The translations under genes and the position numbers were made by a program. The notes below the pieces were generated by a model, which ran no database searches, had not been told where the DNA came from, and worked only from the letters and a program-made list of their open reading frames with translations. This document shows, piece after piece, positions 1-10,264 of a stretch of DNA of 64,000 nucleotides. This DNA is from a virus. The stretch spans positions 2,543 to 66,542 of IMG/VR virus record IMGVR_UViG_3300010376_000035; one strand, written 5' to 3'. The first letter of the stretch is position 1; each line of letters begins with the position of its first letter.

Positions 1-1
1 G

Positions 2-421
2 GACATCTGGAAGAGAACCGATGCCGGCCAGGTGAGACTGGAAGCTCTGACCGACACGGCCGAGGGCCAGCAGCCGGTGCGGATCCTCGAGCTGTTGGGT
101 GCGCGCTGGCGCCAGTCCACCAACCAGACCACCTATGCGAACTGGCAGGGGTCGGCGCTCACGGGCGTATCCACGTACCTGGCGGGCGCGGATGCGATCG
201 TGTTCATCAACTTCCCCAACAAGAGACATACAAAGCTCGATCCGGAGTGGCACAACATCAACCTCTGGGCCGGCGAGTACGTTGCCAAAACGGCATACGA
301 CCCCAACGGACTCATCATGGCCGGGACCGGGTACAACGCCATTCTGGGCGTGGGCCTTCCGCCCGATCCGGCCGGCGTGAGCCGCGCGCGTATCGCGGTC
401 GCGGTTCCGCAGACCACCTGA
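2..421 (+). CDS. Major capsid protein, C-terminal part (N4-gp56-like family), 5'-truncated by window edge
   Basis: With the mirror extension it reads YNGSIHPFFVGDL...ELLGARWRQST...TYLAGADAI...YDPNGLIMAGTGYN, resembling N4-gp56-type capsid motifs (hIHP..hYDL; G.RF; DPL..R..hGWK). Followed by a terminator and a tail-gene cluster. Confidence 0.7.
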   Translation, partial: DIWKRTDAGQVRLEALTDTAEGQQPVRILELLGARWRQSTNQTTYANWQGSALTGVSTYLAGADAIVFINFPNKRHTKLDPEWHNINLWAGEYVAKTAYDPNGLIMAGTGYNAILGVGLPPDPAGVSRARIAVAVPQTT

Positions 422-428
422 TTCTTTG

Positions 429-472
429 GGAAGGGGGTTTTCCGCCGATTATTATTCCCCCTTCCATTTTTT
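429..472 (+). terminator. Intrinsic terminator after capsid gene
   Basis: GGAAGGGGG (429-437) ... CCCCCTTCC (457-465) followed by ATTTTTT. Confidence 0.6.
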
Positions 473-502
473 CCAAACTAAAAAAACTTAGTTTGCGAGG
501 GG

Positions 503-1105
503 ATGATGCCCAAGCTGGAAGAAGTACAAGCCAAACTTGCCCAGGTGCAACTCGAGCAGGCCGAGATGCAGCTCGAGCAGACGCGCGAATCCGTGGAGGC
601 CTGGAAGAACCAGAAAGAAGAACTGTCGCGGCGCAACGCGCAACGCCAGAAGCAACTGAAGATGGACATCAACGAGCGCGCCAGCCAGGCCAAAGGCTGC
701 ACCCATCGCCAGGGCGGGAGTTTCGGCAATCCCACCGGCGGCAAGGGTCCGAGCGCACTGACCACCGTGATTCTTCCCGACGAGCGGGTATTGATCATGT
801 GTTCGATCTGTCCCATGCGCGTCTTTTCGCCTTTTCCCGGCAATGGCGCCCGCCGGCAGCGCCGCGGCGAGAGCAAGGAGGCGGCCGAGGCGCGCGTGGC
901 CAGATACCAGCAGGAGGTTGCCGAGTTTGAGGCGCTGTCTGCGGAGGCGCGCGACAAGCTGACCGAGGAAGCCGCGCAGCCCATGCATTGCGGCAAGACG
1001 TTTCGCTTTCTGGACGGGGACGGGAATCAGGTGCAGATGCCGGCACCGTGCGATTCCTACGCGCAGGGCCTGGACAATCGCAAAGGAATTCGGCTGGGGA
1101 TCTAG
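503..1105 (+). CDS. Hypothetical phage protein, coiled-coil with Cys/His motifs (200 aa)
   Basis: ORF with GGGA upstream; heptad-rich N-terminus, CTH and CSIC motifs. Confidence 0.7.
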   Translation: MMPKLEEVQAKLAQVQLEQAEMQLEQTRESVEAWKNQKEELSRRNAQRQKQLKMDINERASQAKGCTHRQGGSFGNPTGGKGPSALTTVILPDERVLIMCSICPMRVFSPFPGNGARRQRRGESKEAAEARVARYQQEVAEFEALSAEARDKLTEEAAQPMHCGKTFRFLDGDGNQVQMPAPCDSYAQGLDNRKGIRLGI

Positions 1106-1252
1106 CCGAAACAAGCGGCCCTCGCTGGAACCTTCCAGTGCTGGCGGCCAGCGAGGCCCGGCTGGGAATTGTCCCCCCCATGCCGGGCTTCGTTGTTGTG
1201 GGGGCAGCCGACCAAGGTTGATCCCCACCGAATGGAAAGGAGTGTAGCAGAG

Positions 1253-1390
1253 ATGCCGCTCGTAAAAGGAAAGAGCAAAGGAGCAGTCTCGCAGAACATC
1301 AAGACGGAGATGGCCGCAGGCAAGCCCAGAAAGCAGGCGATAGCGATCGCCATGAGCAAGGCCGGCAAAGCGAAGAACAAGAAGGGGTAG
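1253..1390 (+). CDS. Small basic phage protein (45 aa, [38 protein letters not shown])
   Basis: AAGGAG upstream of ATG 1253. Resembles a widespread small phage peptide type (MPLKKG.S...hS.NI...h..G.P.KQAhAIA). Confidence 0.7.
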   Translation: MPLVKGKSKGAVSQNIKTEMAAGKPRKQAIAIAMSKAGKAKNKKG

Positions 1391-1393
1391 CGC

Positions 1394-2386
1394 ATGGCGG
1401 TCAGTACCAAGACGCTCCAGGCTGTCTATAACGTGATTGCCGCGCAGGGAATTCCAGACCCGCGGGCGCAGGGCGGCGGCTACGGCGACGACCTGGCGCT
1501 GGACCTGGCCACGCGCGTCATGGCGGACCTGATCACCGAGCGCTTCAACTGGAAATTCAACCGCGCGGTTGCGTGGCCGGTTTACACCAACAGCTGGCAG
1601 CAGGACTATCCGCAGCCGGCGCAGGCCGGCGGCCTGATCGAATGGGGCGAGGATTGCGACATCCTCGATGTCAACAACACCACCATTCCCAAGCCGCTCA
1701 ATTGGGACGGCAGCATCACCTGGGTTCGCCAGCTCACGCGCACATCGATTGCCCGCTGGCGGCCGACGCGCATTTGCTGGATGTACAACGCGGAAATGAG
1801 CTGGGGCACCTGGCCGGGCGCGCTTGTCACGATCTACCCTCTCCTGGGGCCGACCGCGCCGGCCGGGCAGAATCCCTTACTAAACTTTATAGATTCCAAT
1901 GGCAATTACCTGATCCTCTCGACTTTTGGACGCACAGGCCTGACTGCGCCGGCCGCGGCCGCGGCGGCACCTGAAGGGACCACCGTGCCGGATGGCTCGT
2001 GCGTGTGGTCTGTGGTCAGCGGGACGAGCCAGGGATTCCGCGTCGATTTTTTGCCCAACGGCGCGGGCCCCACTTTTCAGCTCACGGCCAGCTATCAGCT
2101 GACCCCGCCGATCTTCACCACCTTCCAGCAGCTTTTGACGCCGATCCCCGACAGTTTCGCGCGCCATTTTCAGACCGGCCTGGAGTGGGCCTGCAAGATG
2201 GCGTCGACCAACCCCGCGGTCAAAAAGGAAGGGCTGGAGAACTACCCGCTCTGGCTGAAAGCCATGGGCACCATGATTCAGCAGGGCGGCAAGGAACCCA
2301 ATGCTTATCGCCTGATCCCCGAAACGAGCGTGGTCGAAAGCCGCTGGGGATGGAAGGGTCCGCATACCGCGGACATGCCGGTGTAA
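1394..2386 (+). CDS. Putative head-tail adaptor / tail tubular A-like protein, paralog 1 (330 aa)
   Basis: Position after the capsid gene; W.FNR...DY and Y.....P.....IPD motifs typical of podovirus adaptor-like proteins. Confidence 0.5.
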   Translation: MAVSTKTLQAVYNVIAAQGIPDPRAQGGGYGDDLALDLATRVMADLITERFNWKFNRAVAWPVYTNSWQQDYPQPAQAGGLIEWGEDCDILDVNNTTIPKPLNWDGSITWVRQLTRTSIARWRPTRICWMYNAEMSWGTWPGALVTIYPLLGPTAPAGQNPLLNFIDSNGNYLILSTFGRTGLTAPAAAAAAPEGTTVPDGSCVWSVVSGTSQGFRVDFLPNGAGPTFQLTASYQLTPPIFTTFQQLLTPIPDSFARHFQTGLEWACKMASTNPAVKKEGLENYPLWLKAMGTMIQQGGKEPNAYRLIPETSVVESRWGWKGPHTADMPV

Positions 2387-2389
2387 GCC

Positions 2390-3097
2390 ATGGCGATGAG
2401 TTTTACAGTGCAGGATGGCATCACGTTCACGCGCGCTTATATCAAGCAGCAGTCGCTCTACGTGAACAACCAGCAGCCTGCGCTGGGGGCGGCGCAGATC
2501 GTTTTGAACGTGGTATTGGGGCCGCCGTTCTCGTGGCGCGCGAACCGCACCACCACCGTAATCAGCATCTCGACTGCGGGCGGCACCGACTATCAGGTGA
2601 ACGTGCCTACGTTCGGGCGCCTGGATACGCAATGGCTGGTAGACGGCAACGGGAAGATCCATCAGCTGGGCGGCGAGATCACGCTGCCGAAGATCGGCAC
2701 CTCGAAACTGCCTACCAAGATTTGCCCGCAGTACGACGACAATGCCGGCAACATCACGTTTCGGTTCGATTCCGTCCCCGACCAGGCCTACAGCGCATAT
2801 CTGGACTATCAACAGAAGGCGCCGCTTGTGACCGGCGCCGCGCAGCCGCTGGGCACCATCTCGGATGAGAACGCGGACCTGTTTTTCGAGGGCATGCTTA
2901 CCTGGGCTTCGCTGCTGGTCAACGATGCGCGCTTTCCCATCTTTGAAAGACAGTTCGTGGCGCACTTATTGTCCCGCCAGGATGGATTGAGCGAACAGGC
3001 AAAAATCATTTTCATGGGCCAGTGGAACGAGTTTATCCGCACCGCGCAGCGCGCCCAGTCCATAACGCAAGGGGCCGCAAGCGGGCGCATGCAATGA
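2390..3097 (+). CDS. Putative head-tail adaptor / tail tubular A-like protein, paralog 2 (235 aa)
   Basis: Shares the motif layout of the upstream gene (FSWRANR..TDYQV; PDQAY..YLDYQQKAP..ISDE..LFFEG..W). Confidence 0.5.
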   Translation: MAMSFTVQDGITFTRAYIKQQSLYVNNQQPALGAAQIVLNVVLGPPFSWRANRTTTVISISTAGGTDYQVNVPTFGRLDTQWLVDGNGKIHQLGGEITLPKIGTSKLPTKICPQYDDNAGNITFRFDSVPDQAYSAYLDYQQKAPLVTGAAQPLGTISDENADLFFEGMLTWASLLVNDARFPIFERQFVAHLLSRQDGLSEQAKIIFMGQWNEFIRTAQRAQSITQGAASGRMQ

Positions 3098-3126
3098 TGT
3101 TAAGGTGATGTCACGCTAGGAGAACC

Positions 3127-6100
3127 ATGCCGAGTCCGTTAGCCCAAGCCGGCGCGACCGTAGAACCGAGCGAGTACGTGGCCCTGGCGATGGACGAGCA
3201 GTTCACGGGCATGTGGACCCAGCGCAGCCCGCTGCGCGATGCGGATGTTCCTTATCTCTATAGAAAGTTTTATTCCGCCTCGCGCTTTGATTCGATGATC
3301 GACGGGATCAACCGCGAGATCAGCGCGCGGCTCACCGATATACGCCGGCCAGGCTCGAGCGTCTACAACAGCCAGGTCCTTCCGCCCATCAACCGTTTTT
3401 ATCCATTCCGCCAATTCGGCGCGAATGGGGAGAATATTCGCGTCATTGCCGACTGCCAAGGCTTCGCCAATCAGCTGCAAAATCCGAACTTCGCCAACGG
3501 TTCCGGCGGGTGGAACTATGAGCCTGGATGGTCTTATACCTATGCTGGCCTGCCTGTACCACCTGGGGTGGGGTATTGTGCGATGTTTGTGGGTCCGGGT
3601 TCGGGCGCAGTTGTAAATCTTCAGCATATCCCCTGCACCACCGGAACGGTGATTGCCGCCAGTTGCTGGGGGCTGGGGGAACATGGGGCAAGCGGCACGG
3701 CAGTGTTGCGCATCAATTTTTACGATGCAAGCAATACTTATCTGGGCAGCAATCAAAGTTCTGCCGTACCGAATAACTACGCCTGGACACAGGTTGGTAT
3801 CAGCGCCGCCGCGAGTTTTTTTACGAACGCTGCATACGCAACCGTCGATTTTATCGTTGAAAGTTCGACCTCAAGCACAGGGCGTTGGTTCGCCTGGGGA
3901 TTCACGGGCAGTCCCGCGCCCGGCGCCGGCACGGTGCGCGATGTCACCGGGCCGAACACCAATCAGATTCTCTGGACGAAGGATCCTGCGGCCGGCAAGA
4001 CCACATTTCTGGGCGTGGGGAACGTTCTCTATGCCGGCGATGGAGTCCAGACGCATCAGATGGTGACGAGCGCGGAGGGCTGGACCGCGAACAAACAGTG
4101 GACGCCAGGCGATTACATTATCGATCCCAACGGGAACATCCAGATGTCCATCGGTTCGCAGACCGGGACCATCGCTTCCATCACGGTGCAGAGTAACGTC
4201 TGCACGGTATTTCTCGCACCCGGCGCGGGCATCCAGATCGCGCCCGGTGTTCAGCTCACCTTCAGCGGGCTTACCACTCTGCCGGCGCTCAATGGCACAA
4301 CCCAGACCATCCCCGCCATTGGCGGCAGCCTGCAATTTTTCTTCGCCTTCACTCATGCCAATCTGGCTCTTAGTTCCGAGACGGGGACCGTCACCACCGG
4401 GAGCGGAGTCAACAGCAATTCTCCACCGACATGGCAGACGGGGATCGGCGCAATCACTGTGGACGGGGGACAACAGTGGGAATGCCGCGGCGGCGCGGTG
4501 CAGAGCATGGGCGGGGCCGGGCCGACGACTGCGCCCACCGTGGTTCAGACAGCCGCCGCTGCGCTTTTTAACAACTGGGCGCCCAATACGTGGTATGCGC
4601 CATCTTTCGTGATTTACGGCGCGGGGCAGTTGCAGCTGCTCATCGGCCCGTCCGCACCGATACAAACAGGCTCCAGCGCTCCATCGTGGAGTACCACTCC
4701 AGGGGGCATCACCACCGAGACGACAGGCACCGGCTCAAATGCGCAATGGAAATGCATGGGATCGGGAAACTGGGTCGGGGGCGCGACTCATGCCGTGGGC
4801 GACTTCGTTGTGGTGAGCTACAACTATGCCACGCCCAGCGGCCCCAGTCCGCTGGTCACATCGCTTTTCAAATGCACTGCGGGAGGAGTCAGCAGCAACA
4901 TAACGCCGAACTGGACCAACGGTTTGGGGACGATCACGAAGGAACCGACCGGATCGCCGGTAACGTGGGTGAACCAAGGAGATAGCCCGCCGGGCTGGCC
5001 GGGATCGAACCAGCTGCTTTCGCTGGATACGACCATTCTGGATTCAAGCGGAAACCTTGAAGCCATTCAGAAAATCGGCAAATCCAGCGCGTCTGCGATT
5101 GTCTGGAATACGAATAAAGGCGGGCTCACGGGCGACAACACGGCCACCTGGCTGAACAACGGTCCCTATTCGGCGGGAAACACGACCGCATGGTACTGGG
5201 CCTATTCCGGCCTGAACTCGATCACCGGGGAGATCACCAATCCTTCTCCGCTCTCGCAGCCGGTAGTTCTCGCGCCCAACATGCACCCGGTGATTCAGGG
5301 GTCGGGGATGCCCAATCCGCCCTACGATTCCATCGTCCTGTGGCGCACCGCGGCCGGCGGCTCGACGCTTTACTACGTCGATCAGTTTCCCAATCCCGGC
5401 ACCGGGCAAACGTGGATCTATACCGACACCACGCCCGACAGCGCTCTTAATACCGCGATGGCCGCGCCCGGTTCGGCCAACACTTCATCGCTGGCCACGC
5501 CCCCACCCTCGACGGCCGTGGCGCCCGAGTACCACTGCGGCCGGATTTTTATGATCGACGGATCCGATGTGATCTACAGCGGAGGACCGGATACGGTTGT
5601 AGGCAACGGCAACACTTCTTTCCCGCCGCTGAATTATTTCCAATTGCCCGAGCAGCCGACCCGGCTGAAATCCGTCACCATGCAGAACGGCGGGCTGATC
5701 GTGGCCTGCGTGGCGAACACTTACGTGATTCTGGGCGAGGGAACCTCGAACAATCCATTCCTGCCGCCCAAGATGTTCATGGAGGGCGTGGGCATCCTCT
5801 CCTATGACTGTTTTTGCATGCGGGGCTCGACCGTCTACGGATTCTCCAACCGATCTAAAGTTTTTAGTTTCGATCCCGGCAACGGGGAGATTGAAATCGG
5901 CTTTTCGATCGGGGACCAGTTCAAGCTCGTCACCACGGGCGGGACGACTGCGGCGCTTTATAATCCGGCGAATTCCTATGTCACCTGGCACGAGCAGAAC
6001 TCGCCCGATACGGGCCTCTATGTGGCCGATGGTACGGTGGGATGGTTCCGCTGGAGCCCGATTGCGCCGCCCGAGTCGGGCTCCCTGTGGAGCCCGCGCG

Positions 6101-6639
6101 CCGCGATCGTGGGCGGCACCAGCGCGGTGCAATCGGTGGAAGTTTCGCCGGGCACGTTCCAGCTGCTGATGGGGCCGCAAACGAGCGGGCCGATTCTCAT
6201 GCGCGACGATGCGGTGAGCGGCGACTGGACGGCCGGCGCCTATGCCGGCTATCCATCCTGGGATGTCAAGGGATCCATCGGATTGTGCGAAACCGGCGAA
6301 GTGGCCGAAATCGTCCATGTCGCAATCAAGAGTATGGCGGTAGGCGCACGGCCAATTGTAAGCCTGCTGCTCGATGAAATCGCGGCCGGCGTCACGGTCG
6401 AAGGACGCACTACCGCGTGGGATACCCTCTCGCTCGATGACGGGCACCACGAGGATCCTCCCAATCTGGAACCTTCGATCACCACCTACAGCGATCGTTA
6501 CCGGGCGTCATCGACGGCCGAGACGCCCAAGTGTGAACACTTTCAACTGAAAATCGACTATGGCAGCCAGCTGGTGGCCGACGAGCTGCTCAAGTTCGGA
6601 ATTTTCGGGGCTCACTTCAAAGAACGGAGACAACAGTAA
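3127..6639 (+). CDS. Large virion tail protein, nozzle / tail tubular B-like, with carbohydrate-binding-like inserts (1170 aa)
   Basis: Size, position between adaptor-like and ejection-like genes, beta-rich composition, an NPNF..G..GW CBM-like insert and repeated Trp modules. Confidence 0.6.
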   Translation: MPSPLAQAGATVEPSEYVALAMDEQFTGMWTQRSPLRDADVPYLYRKFYSASRFDSMIDGINREISARLTDIRRPGSSVYNSQVLPPINRFYPFRQFGANGENIRVIADCQGFANQLQNPNFANGSGGWNYEPGWSYTYAGLPVPPGVGYCAMFVGPGSGAVVNLQHIPCTTGTVIAASCWGLGEHGASGTAVLRINFYDASNTYLGSNQSSAVPNNYAWTQVGISAAASFFTNAAYATVDFIVESSTSSTGRWFAWGFTGSPAPGAGTVRDVTGPNTNQILWTKDPAAGKTTFLGVGNVLYAGDGVQTHQMVTSAEGWTANKQWTPGDYIIDPNGNIQMSIGSQTGTIASITVQSNVCTVFLAPGAGIQIAPGVQLTFSGLTTLPALNGTTQTIPAIGGSLQFFFAFTHANLALSSETGTVTTGSGVNSNSPPTWQTGIGAITVDGGQQWECRGGAVQSMGGAGPTTAPTVVQTAAAALFNNWAPNTWYAPSFVIYGAGQLQLLIGPSAPIQTGSSAPSWSTTPGGITTETTGTGSNAQWKCMGSGNWVGGATHAVGDFVVVSYNYATPSGPSPLVTSLFKCTAGGVSSNITPNWTNGLGTITKEPTGSPVTWVNQGDSPPGWPGSNQLLSLDTTILDSSGNLEAIQKIGKSSASAIVWNTNKGGLTGDNTATWLNNGPYSAGNTTAWYWAYSGLNSITGEITNPSPLSQPVVLAPNMHPVIQGSGMPNPPYDSIVLWRTAAGGSTLYYVDQFPNPGTGQTWIYTDTTPDSALNTAMAAPGSANTSSLATPPPSTAVAPEYHCGRIFMIDGSDVIYSGGPDTVVGNGNTSFPPLNYFQLPEQPTRLKSVTMQNGGLIVACVANTYVILGEGTSNNPFLPPKMFMEGVGILSYDCFCMRGSTVYGFSNRSKVFSFDPGNGEIEIGFSIGDQFKLVTTGGTTAALYNPANSYVTWHEQNSPDTGLYVADGTVGWFRWSPIAPPESGSLWSPRAAIVGGTSAVQSVEVSPGTFQLLMGPQTSGPILMRDDAVSGDWTAGAYAGYPSWDVKGSIGLCETGEVAEIVHVAIKSMAVGARPIVSLLLDEIAAGVTVEGRTTAWDTLSLDDGHHEDPPNLEPSITTYSDRYRASSTAETPKCEHFQLKIDYGSQLVADELLKFGIFGAHFKERRQQ

Positions 6640-6968
6640 TGCCACGGGGACAAAAACGATCCAGCGATGAAATACGGCTGCGAGTGCAATGCACGGCCGA
6701 CGAGAACCACGGAAAAATACTGTACTTCAAGCCGACCGACAATTTAGCCATGATCGAAGCCTTGCAGGCGCTGATCAGCGGCACATCATCGCTCTACAAA
6801 TTTCCGCCGGGGCCTGGTTCGCCTATCGGCCGCTGCGCGATCTGCCAGGCAAAGCTGGAATGCCGCATTGAGCGCATTGAACCGCGGGCGCCCGATGTGG
6901 GCGAAGCCTTGCGAAAGAGTCTTTCGGAGGAGGAGCAAAATGCCGAGCCTGGAAAGTCGATCCACTGA
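6639..6968 (+). CDS. Hypothetical protein (109 aa, CxxC)
   Basis: TAATG coupling to the upstream gene. Confidence 0.6.
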   Translation: MPRGQKRSSDEIRLRVQCTADENHGKILYFKPTDNLAMIEALQALISGTSSLYKFPPGPGSPIGRCAICQAKLECRIERIEPRAPDVGEALRKSLSEEEQNAEPGKSIH

Positions 6969-7179
6969 CATATCGGCTACTCATGTGCGCGCGGGGGGCG
7001 GGGTGGTGACGCCGGCCAGCCCGCCAAGCGCCCCGGCTATGCCCACGCCGCATCCGCCCTATATCGGGCGCCATCCGAGAATGATCAGTTCCCTGCCTTC
7101 GATCTTCTCCACGCCCGATGCGGCGCTGCGCCAGTTTTATGGGCGCAGCACCATTCCCACGGGGAGGGTTGCAATATGA
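6940..7179 (+). CDS. Hypothetical protein (79 aa)
   Basis: GGAGGAG ribosome-binding site before ATG 6940; ATGA overlap with the next gene. Confidence 0.55.
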   Translation: MPSLESRSTDISATHVRAGGGVVTPASPPSAPAMPTPHPPYIGRHPRMISSLPSIFSTPDAALRQFYGRSTIPTGRVAI

Positions 7180-7679
7180 GCGCCAGAGGCACATTCCGAT
7201 TTTCGGAGTTCACCCTGCGGCCGGCGGGCGCCATCGCCACCGATGCGCTTCTGGCTAAACAGTGGACCGAGGCGGATCCCTGGCACAACACGGTGCAGCC
7301 TTCGTTCTGGATCGAGCAGGGCCAGCATTGCGACAGCTACATCCTCTACGACAAAGACGGGCCGGTGTTTTTCTGGAAAGGCGTCCTGATCTCTCCCCGC
7401 TCGATGGAGATGCACATTCAGTTTCCGCCCAGGCCGGCCAATGCGCAGGAGCGCAGGCGGCTCCGCGGGCGCGTTGCTCTGGGCCTGATTGTGGGTCTGA
7501 AGTGGCTGGAGGGGATCCTCTTTGCAACCGGCGTCAAGGAGATTTATTTCGATTCTTTCAGCGACGATCTCATTGTCTTCTGCGTGAACCGGCTGGATTT
7601 CGTTCAGGACGGGCCGTTGCTCAGAAAACGACTCTCAGCCTCACGAGAATCCCAAAAACTTGTGGAAAGGCAAATGTAG
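7176..7679 (+). CDS. Hypothetical virion-module protein, possibly GNAT-like fold (167 aa)
   Basis: Occupies the slot between nozzle and ejection genes where podoviruses often encode an acetyltransferase-like protein. The fold is inference only. Confidence 0.55.
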   Translation: MSARGTFRFSEFTLRPAGAIATDALLAKQWTEADPWHNTVQPSFWIEQGQHCDSYILYDKDGPVFFWKGVLISPRSMEMHIQFPPRPANAQERRRLRGRVALGLIVGLKWLEGILFATGVKEIYFDSFSDDLIVFCVNRLDFVQDGPLLRKRLSASRESQKLVERQM

Positions 7680-7681
7680 CC

Positions 7682-8296
7682 ATGTGCGGTGCAACCGGAG
7701 AGCAAAATACGATCCAGGGCGAACAGATGGCCGCCTACCAGCAGGCGCGCGAGATGATGCAGGAAGAGTACGGCCATCAACAGGCGATCTATGGGCCGAT
7801 GGCCAACCAGCTGGGAAGCATCTTCGCGCTGGGTCCTTCGCAGGAAGGATTTGCGCCCGCCGAGAAAGAGGCATTCGAGACGCAGATCATCGAGGGGACC
7901 GGCCAGAACTATGCCAATGCGGCGCGCGCGGTGAACCAGCAGATCGCCGCGCAAGGCGGAATACCGGGGATGCGTTCGGGTGCCGCCGACCAGCTAAAAC
8001 TTAATACCGCGCTTAGTTCTGCGCAGGAAAAGACGCGCGAGGAATTGGGAGTCACCCAGGCCAACTACGCGCAGGGCCGCGCGAACTGGCAGCAGGCCGG
8101 CACCGGCCTCATGGACATCGCCGCGGGCATGAACCCGCTGGGCTACGAGCAGCAGGCGACCGGCGCGGGGAGCGCAGCCTCGACCACGGCCAATCAGATC
8201 GCGCAGGAGCAGAACAGTTGGATCAATGCAGCCATTGGCGCCGCAGGAACTATCGGGGGAATGGCTACCGGGGCAGGAATCAACAAGTGGGGGTAA
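7682..8296 (+). CDS. Putative internal virion / DNA ejection (pilot) protein (204 aa)
   Basis: Start MCGATG at 7682; Gln/Ala/Gly-rich helical sequence with a hydrophobic glycine-rich C-terminus (AAIGAAGTIGGMATG). Confidence 0.6.
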   Translation: MCGATGEQNTIQGEQMAAYQQAREMMQEEYGHQQAIYGPMANQLGSIFALGPSQEGFAPAEKEAFETQIIEGTGQNYANAARAVNQQIAAQGGIPGMRSGAADQLKLNTALSSAQEKTREELGVTQANYAQGRANWQQAGTGLMDIAAGMNPLGYEQQATGAGSAASTTANQIAQEQNSWINAAIGAAGTIGGMATGAGINKWG

Positions 8297-8299
8297 GCA

Positions 8300-10264
8300 A
8301 TGCCAGATCCTAATCCGATCCCCGACCCCAACAGCTGGATGGATGCCGGCAAGGCCGCGGCGCCGCCCAGCCCGATGCAGCCGCCGGGCGCGGCCAACGG
8401 AGCCGCGCAGCAGGCTCTGGCCAGGGCGCAGGCGCCCAACCAAGCCGCGGCCGCGGGGCTCGAGCCCGCCTCCACGGCAGCCGCGAATCCCTACATCGGC
8501 GGCCAGGTTCCGCTGGTGCTGCGTCCTTCGCGCGGCGGATTGCTGGGCGTGATGGACAAGATCGCGGATGCGCTGACCGGAACGACCCGGCCGGAACTCT
8601 TTCACGATCAGGACGGCAACGAGTTTGTGTATCACCCCAATCTCTCCCGCGGCCAGCAGTGGGCGCGAATCGGCGCCGGCATGTTCAAAGGCGCGGCCGC
8701 AGGTCTGGCCGCGGGCCGCGGCGCCGGCAACATGGGCAAAGCCGCGCTGGCGGGCGTACAAGTCGGGGAGCAGGCCGCCGAACAGGACAAGACACGCGAA
8801 GAGGAACTAAACAAACAGGCTCAGACCGACATGCTCGACCGCGCCAACATGACCATGCTGCGCATGAAAACCATGGAGGAGGCCTGGAGGGCCGCGCGGC
8901 TTCAGACCACAGCGAACGAGGAAGATGCCAAAGCCGCGCAGGATCACATCGAATTCCTTCACCGAATGGGCGGCGAATTCATGGGAGTCGCGCAGCATCC
9001 CGGCGATCTGGCGGGAGTCCTTCATCTCGATCCCAACCTGGCCGAGAATTTCGTGAAGAATCACATCATCGAACCTGTGGCAACCATCGACGCGCAGGGC
9101 CACCAGGGCGTGACGTTTATGAAAATGCCCAATGCCGATTGGCGCAAACAGATGGTTCCCTCCGGTACGACTTTTGATTATTTCAATCCCGCGACCCATG
9201 AAATCGAGAAACACCAGGGCTCTGACGGGCAGACCGCGGGCGAAATCTCCGATCTGAATGTCGCGGCGGCGGCCGCAAAACAGAAATACCTGAATGACCA
9301 GGCGGATCTCAAAAAGAAAGACGCCGAAACGAAAAATCTCCAAAGCGAGACGGAGAAACGCAGCAAGATGCTGCCCGGCGAACTCCAGCAGCAAAAAGCT
9401 GAAACCGCCAAAACGTGGGCCGAGGCGCACAAAGCCAATATGGAGGCCGATGCCGCGAGCGACAAGGGCGCTGGCGAGCAAGGCGATACCGAATCCGAGG
9501 CCCAGGCCCTCATTGATCACCGTTCCGCAGTGAGCCTGATGAACAAGCGCGCGAAAAACTATAACGCTGTGATGCACCGCGCGGATGAACTCTCCCTGGC
9601 CCAGACCGGTCATCCGTATGACCGGGAACAGGGAGAGATTGAGTACCAGAACCGCAAGGGACTTCTCAAGGACTACACCGACGGGCAGGAGGCTAACAGC
9701 CTCGAGAGCTTCGATAAGTTTCTGGGCCATGCGCAGGAAGCGTCGGAAGCGATCAATGGGTTGCGCAATAAAGACGCCAGACTGCTGAACATTCCTCTCA
9801 ACAAACTAGAAACCATGACGGGAGGGGACCGCGCGGCTGACATACAGGCGGCTGTGGTGAAATTCAAGACCCTGCGCAACGAATGGGAAACCTCAATTAA
9901 AAACAACCATGCCCTGACGGTCGAGGACATCAAGGAAGGGCAGAAGCTGCTCGATGAAAACGTGAGCTTGGGCGTGGGCCAGGCGGTGATGAAGGCCATG
10001 GCGAATACAGCCGCGGTGCGCCTGCGGTCCTCAGACTTCAAATACTCGCGAACCATAGGCAAGCATGTGCCGGATCTGTTGAGTCAGGAGGGTGTGAACG
10101 CTTTGCAGCATTTCGGGATCGACCCCAAGGATGTTTATTCCACGCTTCAGAACAAGGCGCCGCAAGCTCCTGTCGGGGCTGTATCCATAGGACGAATGAC
10201 TGACGGAAAAGAACATTATCTGGATGCTCAAGGAAAGGACATGGGCCTGGCGCCACCGCAATGA
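8300..10264 (+). CDS. Putative internal virion / ejection protein (654 aa)
   Basis: Ala/Gln/Lys-rich helical protein with glycine-rich hydrophobic segment (GAAAGLAAGRGAG); ejection-module position. Confidence 0.6.
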   Translation: MPDPNPIPDPNSWMDAGKAAAPPSPMQPPGAANGAAQQALARAQAPNQAAAAGLEPASTAAANPYIGGQVPLVLRPSRGGLLGVMDKIADALTGTTRPELFHDQDGNEFVYHPNLSRGQQWARIGAGMFKGAAAGLAAGRGAGNMGKAALAGVQVGEQAAEQDKTREEELNKQAQTDMLDRANMTMLRMKTMEEAWRAARLQTTANEEDAKAAQDHIEFLHRMGGEFMGVAQHPGDLAGVLHLDPNLAENFVKNHIIEPVATIDAQGHQGVTFMKMPNADWRKQMVPSGTTFDYFNPATHEIEKHQGSDGQTAGEISDLNVAAAAAKQKYLNDQADLKKKDAETKNLQSETEKRSKMLPGELQQQKAETAKTWAEAHKANMEADAASDKGAGEQGDTESEAQALIDHRSAVSLMNKRAKNYNAVMHRADELSLAQTGHPYDREQGEIEYQNRKGLLKDYTDGQEANSLESFDKFLGHAQEASEAINGLRNKDARLLNIPLNKLETMTGGDRAADIQAAVVKFKTLRNEWETSIKNNHALTVEDIKEGQKLLDENVSLGVGQAVMKAMANTAAVRLRSSDFKYSRTIGKHVPDLLSQEGVNALQHFGIDPKDVYSTLQNKAPQAPVGAVSIGRMTDGKEHYLDAQGKDMGLAPPQ

